DNA from: the human T2T-CHM13v2.0 reference genome, Homo sapiens
Reading direction: 5' to 3' (one strand)
Length of the DNA: 64,000 nt
NCBI RefSeq assembly: GCF_009914755.1
Contig: NC_060928.1
In this document: positions 56,489 to 64,000 of the stretch, one piece after another
How the letters are laid out: every line of letters starts with the position of its first letter
Numbering within the stretch: position 1 is the stretch's first letter
Translations under genes and position numbers: made by a program
Notes under the pieces: generated by a model
Told to the model about the DNA's origin: nothing
The model's database searches: none
The model's input: only the letters and a program-made list of their open reading frames with translations

Positions 56489-58183
56489 ATTGAGAGCATT
56501 AGTCCTTTTCTCCCTTAGACTGATTTTTTCTTACTGTTATTTTCAGCCACTTTGTTAACGGTGGGGTTAAAGGGCAGGATAGATGTAACACCCATTTCAC
56601 ATACATATTGCAACATCAGAGATGCTGGTTTTCATTAAAAACACCAGATCTAAATTCCTTCTAAAATATATTTTAAAAAATCAGTACACTTGGCACCTTG
56701 GAAATGCTGAAATGTTATCATGAATGCTCGTTATTTGTTATGAGTCAATTGAATATTATCTTCAATATAAACTATAATTTACTGGTCTGATAGCTCTTCC
56801 TATCTTACCTGTATATACTCAAAGGGAGCGATTTCTCATGTTTAGCAAATTGTTCTTTAGGTAATTTGTTCTTTAGGTTTTTTGTACAAAAGTACAAAAT
56901 AGTTATCACAGCAAACTTTCCAGTATTTGTTATTTTGAAGCTATATGGTTTTTTTTTTTTTTTTGCCATGTCAGGCTTGAGCAGGATAGCAAATATATAA
57001 ATTGAGCTCTCTAATTATAATCTCAATATATGAATTCTTGCTAATTAAAATACTTTGCACCAGCAAAAACAATTTTCATGTATGTGTTTAGGAGGTAGTT
57101 AAGTAACTCTATATAAAAATAAGTGCACTTTCCCCTCCTTTCTTCAGTGACTAGAAAACGTCCATATTTTTAAAATAATCAAATAATAATTTTAGAGAGC
57201 AACAGCCCTCAACTCTTTGCTGGTGCTTATCACACTGCCTTTCTTCACTCCATTCTTAGCTCTGCTAGTTTCTTCTTGTCTGTAATGATAATAGGGGAAT
57301 GTGGGTGGGTCAGCACTTCTGTGTAGGTCCCCTTTCCAAATTTACCTTCCAAAAAGCCAACCAAATAAACAACCAAAAAATTGTGCAACAAAACACAAAT
57401 AGCGTTCCAATAGCAAGTGATGCATTCACCTGAGATTAAGTGGTTTTAGGTGGTCAGTAACAAAATGCTGCTTTGCTGTCATAGTAGAAAGGCAACAAAT
57501 TCTTCAAAGAAACCAAGAAGGTTACAACCTTGACAAAGTCTCTCATTACCTTCCTCCTCTTGTGTCTTTTTTCTCCACATTATCTGTTGCGTATCTACTA
57601 TAGAAGGCTGCAAAACATACAGCAGAAAGGATGGCTTGAAGGCAATTGATGTTTGTAAAAAAATCCACAACAGGATCCAAGCTGAAGAGGTGAACACGTC
57701 AGCCTGGTGGGACAATTCTCAGCATGTGCAAACATAGGTAAATTCTAGCCTATGTTACATTAAAAACAATGTCAGTGCATTTTTTCATGTTAAAGTTTTT
57801 TTCAAAGCTAAAGTGTGTTCCTTGTTGTGCTGACCACAAACGAGTTTTAAGAGTTTTGAAAGTCTGGCAAAAATAGAAAAAAAAAAAAGCTGTAGTGACA
57901 TTGAACTGCTCAATGTAAGCATTGGGCATGCACAAATTTTCAAAACAAAGGAAGGAAATCATCCCTCTTACAACATGGTTAGGCTGATCTTTAAGAAATA
58001 AAATGTAAGAAATTAGAAAAGCAAATGTTTGGCACCTACATATCCAATATCTGGCACCGTGCAGAGTAGAAGAGTGAAAGAAATAACGAAGAACAAAGTG
58101 GTTACTTTGCTTCAGGAGTTCATGATCTGTAGTTAGAAACCAATATAAACATTGTGAGTATATTTCAAAGAAAGAGAAAAGCA

Positions 58184-58324
58184 GGCCGGGCATGGTGGCT
58201 TGCACCTGTAGTAATAACGCTTTGGGAGGCCAAGGTGGGAAAATTGCTTGAGCTCATGAGTTTGATACCAGCCTGAGAAATATAGTAAAACCTCATCTCT
58301 ATAAAAAAAATTAATTAAAAAAAA
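58184..58324 (+). mobile_element. FLAM / Alu monomer
   Basis: Single monomer ggccgggcatggtggc..ttgcttgagc with an A tail. Confidence 0.85.
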
Positions 58325-58524
58325 GGCAGAGCAAAAACAAATATGAAAGAAAACATTAGAAATCAGAGCTTGGGCAAAGAGTTAAATGTGAGCAAAGCAT
58401 CTCTGCCTTGGGGGGCCTCTGGAGCATCCCGGCTTCCTGTAGAGGCCCCACCACATGGCCCTTTCCCATCACTGGGAACTGTCTTCTGTATCGTGCCAGG
58501 ATTTTCCCCCAAACTTCTCAACCT

Positions 58525-59420
58525 AATTTATTCAGCCAAAACATATATATTTCTTGAATCCTTGCTAAGAGCAAGGCACTGTTCTACATAATGAAAATAT
58601 GGCAATGATATAAAACAAAAATATTTACCCTCATGCAAATTACATTCCAGTGAGAAAAGACAGATCATTAATAAAATAAATATGTAAAATATAGAATATG
58701 CCAGAAGGTAATAAGTGGTACAGAGAAAAATTAAGCATGGAAGGGAGCTCAGGAATGCTGGGAGTGGGTAGATGTGAAGGTAGTTAGAATGCTCAAGGAG
58801 GGAGTAATAGGCAGAAGAATGGCCTTTCTACATGTCCATATCCCTATATGGCAAAAAGGACTTGTGGATGTGATGAAGTTATGGATCATGAGATGAGGAG
58901 ATTATTCTGGATTACCCAGGTTGGCTCAATGTCATCACAAGAGTACTTAAAAGCAAAAGAGGGAGGCAGGAGAGTCCGAGGCAAGAGGCGTGACAGCTAG
59001 GGTCAGAATGACGTGGTGGCTGCCTGGAAGGGGGCCAGGAGCCAAGGGATGCAGGCATCCTCTCAAAGCTGCAGAAGGTAAGAAAGTGGTCTCTCTCCCC
59101 TAGAGAGAGTGTGTGTTCTCTTAGCCTACTAGAGGTGTGTTAATTTATTCCTGCAGTCATAGAAAACATATAGAAGGTCTCACTGAGAAGACAACATTTG
59201 AACAAAGATTCCAAGGAGGCGAGGGCACCAGCTATGCAGATATCTGGGGAAGAGCACTCGAGGAAGAAAAGGCAGGCAAACAGCAGGGTGCACACCTAGC
59301 CCAGGTGCATGAAGTAGAGAACACTGGGAGTCAGAAGGCTAACAGGAGACAAGTCAGAGAGAGGGACTGGGGTGGGTCAACTCACACTCAGCCTCACTGG
59401 CTACTGTAAGAACTTCAAGT
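58525..59420 (-). mobile_element. L2a interrupted by MLT1D
   Basis: atttattcagcc..aggcactgttcta..ccctcatg..; resumes at gaaggtctcactgagaagacaacatttgaacaaaga. Confidence 0.7.
58806..59173 (+). mobile_element. MaLR LTR MLT1D-like
   Basis: tatggcaaaaaggact..gagattattctggattacccagg..ccaggagccaagggatgcagg. Confidence 0.8.
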
Positions 59421-59492
59421 TATTCTGAGACACTCAGTATAGGAGAGTCTATGAATATTTATAGAAATTCTGAATGTTTACAAGACGAATAA

Positions 59493-59645
59493 AAGTGGTA
59501 TGCTAGTAAACTTATTGGTTGGGTGGGGAGAAGCCCAGATTTGTAGCATTTGCTGATTTCCATTGTGTAAATATTTCTACTGATGGTTTGACAAACACTT
59601 CATAAAATTCCTGGGTACTTAATTATCAGCTCCAGTAGAGCACTG
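59493..59645 (-). mobile_element. MER63A-like (hAT)
   Basis: agtggtatgctagtaaac..agatttgtagcatttgctgatttcc..aaaattcctg..gctccagtagagcactg. Confidence 0.75.
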
Positions 59646-60251
59646 CATGTATGACATCCCATTTGCCAATTCCACACTAGATTCTGTTGGGGACAAGCTG
59701 TATGAGAGTCAACTAGCAACAGAAATAAGGAAGTCCTCAATAAAAATCAGCATTTACTTTTGACAGATGTGAGATTCTGGAATGTATTTCTCTTTACTTG
59801 CTCTGCCTGGTGATTAAATTATGATTTTAAAAGAAATAGTTTTAATTCCTTATCAGAATGCTGCCACCAAATAAATAAAATACGTACTTTAACTATATGC
59901 AATCTTGTCTATATTATACTGTTGTCAACGGAAACATTATCAGGGGCCAGCTTCATGAAAGGAGATATGTGATAGAAGCTGGAGTTGTTGGAGTGAAAAA
60001 AAAAGTCAAATTTTACTTTGGATTAATCAGAGGGAAGAAAGCAGACAGATAGGAAAGGAAAGGCAGGCTTAGCCAAGTTGAAGAAAGAGGCTGAACTCAG
60101 GAGGCAGTGGGAGAATAGGATCATAGTTTGAAGAGAGCTGCAAGGCTGTTTAGTCCAGGTGAGGATCATAATCCCAGAAGACACAGTCACAAACACCATA
60201 ACCCTGAATGTTGAAATCCTGAAAGATCAAAATTCCTAAGGTCTAAATTCA

Positions 60252-62641
60252 TTTCTTTTTAGTAGAGATGGAGTGAATTAGTTCATTCTTGTGCTCCCAA
60301 TAAAGACATACATGAGCCTGGGTAATTTATAAAAGAAAGAGGTTTAATTGACTCACAGTTTGGCATGGCTGGGAAGGCTTCAGAAAACTTACAATCATGG
60401 TGAATGCAAACAAGAAGCAAGGCACTTTTTCACAAGGCAGCAGGAGGTGCTGAGCAAAAGGGGAAAAGCCCCTTATAAAACCTTCAGGTATTGCTCACTG
60501 TCATGAGAATAGCATGGGGGTAACCACCCCCCTGATTCAATTACCTCCGACTGGGTTCCTCCCACAACATGTAGGGATTATGGAAACTAAAATTCAAGGT
60601 GAGATTTGGTTGGCAACACAGCCAAACCATATCATTCTGCCCCCAGCCCCTTCCAAATCTCATGTCCTTACATTTTAAAACATGATCATGCCTTTCTAAC
60701 AGTCCCCCAAAGTCTTAGCTCATTCCAGCATTAACCCAAATGTCCAAGTCCAAATTCTTATCTTAGACAAGGCAAGGCCCTTCTGCCTATGAGCCTGTAA
60801 AATCAAAATCAAGTTAGTTACTTCATAGATACAATGAGGGTATAGGCATTGGGTAAATACACCTGTTCCAGATGGGAGAAATTGGCCCAAAATGAAGGGA
60901 CTGCAGGCCCCACGCAAGTCCAAAATTCAATGGGTCAGTCAAATCTTGAAGCTCTGAAATGATTTCCTTTGACTTCATGTCTCACATCCAGGTCACGCCG
61001 AAGCAAGAGTTGGGCTCTCATGGCCTTGGGCAACTCCACCCCTGTTGATTTGCAGGGTACAGCCCTTCTCCTGGCTGCTTTCACAGGCTGGTGCTGAGTG
61101 TCTGTGGCTTTTCCAGGCATACGGTGCAAGCTGTCAGTGGATCAACCATTCTGGAGTCTGGAGGATGGTGGCCGTCTTCTCTCAGCTCCACTAGGCAGTG
61201 CCCCAGTGGGGATGGTGTGGGGGCCCACATTTCCCTTCTGCACACATTGCCCTAGCAGAGGTTCCCCATGAGGGCTCTGTCCCCGTCACAAATTTGTGCC
61301 TGAACACCCAGGCATTTCCATGCATCCTCTGAAATTTAGGCGTAGATTCTCAAACCTCAATTCTTGACTTCTGTGCACCCACAGGCCCAACACCTCGTGT
61401 AAGCTGCCAAGGCTTGGGGCTTGTACCCTCTGAAGCCATGGCCTGAGTTGTACATTGGCCCTTTAGCCATGATTGGGACACACGGCACCAAGTCCTGAGA
61501 CTGCACAGAGCAGCAAGGCCCTGCACCGGGCCCATGAAACCATTTTTTCCTCCTAGGCCTCCTGTCCTGTGATGCCTTGAGCTACTGTGAAGGTCTCTGA
61601 CATACCCTGAAGACATTTTCCCATTGTCTTGGTGATTAACATTCAGCTCCTCGTTACTTATGCAAATTTCTACAGCTGGCTTGAATTTCTCTCCAGAAAA
61701 TGGGTTTTCCTTTTCTGTCTCATCATCAAGCTGCAAAATTTTTTAAACCTTTATGCTCTGCTTCCTCTTGAACACTTTGCTACTTAGGAATTTCTTCTGC
61801 CAGATACCCTAAATCATCTATCTCAAGTTCATAGTTCCACAGACTTCTAGGGCAGGGGCAAAATGCCGTCAGTCTCTTTGCATAGTAAGAGTCACCTTTA
61901 CTCCAGTTCCCAAAAAGTTCTTCATCTCCATATGAGACCACCTCAGCCTGGACTTCATTGTCCATGTCACTATCAGCATTTTCCTCAAAACCAATCTGCA
62001 AGGCTCTAGGAAGTTCCAAACTTCCTCACATTTTTCTGTCTTCTTTCAAACCCTCCAAACTGTTCAAACTCTGCCTGTTACCCAGTTCCAAATTCACTTC
62101 CACATTTTTAGGTATCCTTATAGCAACACCCCACTACCTCAGTGCCAATTTACTGTATCAGTCCATTCTCATGCTGCTAATAAAGACATACCCAAGCTGG
62201 GTAATTTATAAAGGAAAGAGGTTTAACTGACTCACAGTTCATCATGGCTGGGGAGGCCTCAGGAAACTTACAAGCATGGCAGAATGCAAAGGAGAAGCAA
62301 GTCACCTTCTTCACAAGGCGGCAGGAAGGAGAAGTGCAAGCAAAGGGGGAAAAGCTCCTCATAAAACCATCAGATCTTGTGAGAACTCACTCACTATCAT
62401 GAGAACAGCATGGGGGTAACTGCCTCCATGATTCAATTACCTCCCACTGGGTCCCCATCATGATATGTGAGGATTATGGGAACTACAATTCAAGATGAGA
62501 TTTGGTTGGGGACACAGCCAAACCATATCATGGGGTCTCACTTTATTGCCCTGGCTGATTTCAAACTCCTGGGCTCAAGTGACCCTCCTGACTTGGCCTG
62601 CCAAAGTGTTGGGAATACAGACATGAGCCACCATGCCCAGT
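60252..62641 (-). mobile_element. FLAM monomer split by THE1 (60252-60273 and 62531-62641)
   Basis: ttttagtagagatgg|..|tggggtctcac..ctcctgggctcaagtga; TSD cctaa(g/a)gtctaaattc. Confidence 0.8.
60274..62530 (-). mobile_element. THE1C MaLR with both LTRs (60274-60634 and 62154-62530) and internal region
   Basis: Two direct LTRs ending gccaaaccatatca; THE1-int between them; 5-bp TSD tggag/tgggg. Confidence 0.92.
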
Positions 62642-62749
62642 CCTAAAGTCTAAATTCTTAACATCTAAAATCCAGAAAATCACAATCACAGGAGAGTTGT
62701 ACCACGTTAGTTGCATCATGTTAGGTACAACTCTTGCTTTGTTTTCTTC

Positions 62750-62967
62750 TTATTTGGAAATTATGTATGGTTTAAGGGGGTCCATATGGGTGCCAAATCT
62801 ACAAGGGGTGGACTTGCAGACTTAATTTCAGGTGTCAACTTGACTGGATTAAGGAATCCCTGGAAAGCTGGGAAAGTATTATTTTGGGTATGTCTGTGAT
62901 GGTTTTCTCAGAAGAGATCAGTGTGTGGGTCTGAGCGGACTAGGTGGGGAAGATCTGCTGTCAATGT
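62750..62967 (+). mobile_element. ERVL 3' end, PPT and MLT2B-type LTR start carried within Ricksha
   Basis: gtatggtttaagg..gggtgccaa..acaaggggtggact then gtgtcaacttgactggattaagg..ttttgggtatgtctgtg. Confidence 0.75.
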
Positions 62968-64000
62968 TTTGAATGTCTTGAATATCACAGAAGTGAAAAT
63001 GAAAGTAAAAAATGCACAAAATCTTGTCTGCCAAATTATGTAATCATGTACCAAGCACCTCTACACATAGCACCATGCTTGTCTTCACAAAATGCCTTTT
63101 GTCAGATAATAAAAAGAGTTCAACAAATTCAGTGGCCTTCTGAACCAGACACCTGCTGGCACAGAGCTTCCTCCAGTGCTACAAGACATATTAAATCATG
63201 AACTATTCTTGATTAGGGATTTGACTGTCAAAAAAGATAAACATATTTATTTACCACTAAGTCTAACATAACAAAACTGGTGCATGTTTCACTTTGGCTG
63301 ATGAATGGCACTTTCAAAACTGTCCCCAGTGGGTTTTTATAATCAACTTTATACAGTTTATGCCCCCAATGAATTACAAAATTCTATAATTTAATCTTCA
63401 TGTTTATGGTTTAATAACTGGAAAAAGTGAAGTACTTTATAAAAGCTTATTTGAAGATTTGGAGGGCTTTGCAGAAGAAAATAGATTTCAATCGGATCCC
63501 CAAATTATAATGACAAGTTTTTAATTAGGTGTGATCAAGGCTTCTAAAAGTGAATTGCAAGTTGTTACCAGTAAAGTTTGTATCTTCCATTCAGCCCAGT
63601 TCATTTGCCAGAAAATTCAGGTGAGTGGATTGGCCAGGCCATATGGCAATGATGAAAATTTTAGTTTTAAAATGTGCCATTTGTCTGTATTGGCATTCCT
63701 TCCACCTGATAAAACTCCAGGAGCTTTTGATAAATTAAAACCACAATTGCCTGAAGAAGCCAGAAAAATTACATACTAGTTTGAAAATAATGATGTGCAA
63801 GGTGGGATAAGAAGTCATTCAGGCAACGGTGTTGCTGTTCAATCAAGAGTATTGTTTCTGCCAAATGAGTGGCCTGTATATGAGGGCCTGCAAAATGGAT
63901 TTCCACATACTCAAAACAATAGACAAGAATGGCATAGAAGATTGGAAAATATAATAGGAAATGCTCATGTCAGTGTGTATCAAATTATAGAATTTCAAAA

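Larger units (their letters stand above)
60158..64000 (+). mobile_element. Ricksha (MULE/MuDR DNA transposon), interrupted, extends beyond the window
   Basis: Left end ggatcataatcccagaagacac..aatgttgaaatcctgaaagatcaaaa; MULE transposase remnants WLMNGTFKTVP (~63295-63327) and CIFHSAQ. Confidence 0.85.

Overview
Primate (human-like) genomic DNA. No recognisable protein-coding exon, RNA gene or CpG-island promoter was found, so this is most likely a large intron or intergenic region. The window is dominated by interspersed repeats: Alu/FLAM, L1 of several ages, L2, MIR, MaLR/ERV LTRs, a two-LTR THE1C, Tigger1, Ricksha and several MER elements. It also holds an unusually dense set of eight minisatellites (units 31-70 bp, about 9.8 kb in total), typical of a distal or subtelomeric band. 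All long ORFs in the track come from these VNTRs or from decayed transposons. The most interesting signals are: a 69-copy 43-bp array with a MYB consensus overlapping a GATA core in each unit; a 13-bp dimorphic core shared by two separate VNTRs; a pair of phase-compatible minus-strand exon candidates; foreign DNA captured inside an L1; a template-switch scar in an AluY; and a three-level Ricksha>FLAM>THE1C nest. I cannot name the locus, and I see no demonstrable new biological system. Repeat family calls are from memory of consensus sequences, not from a search.
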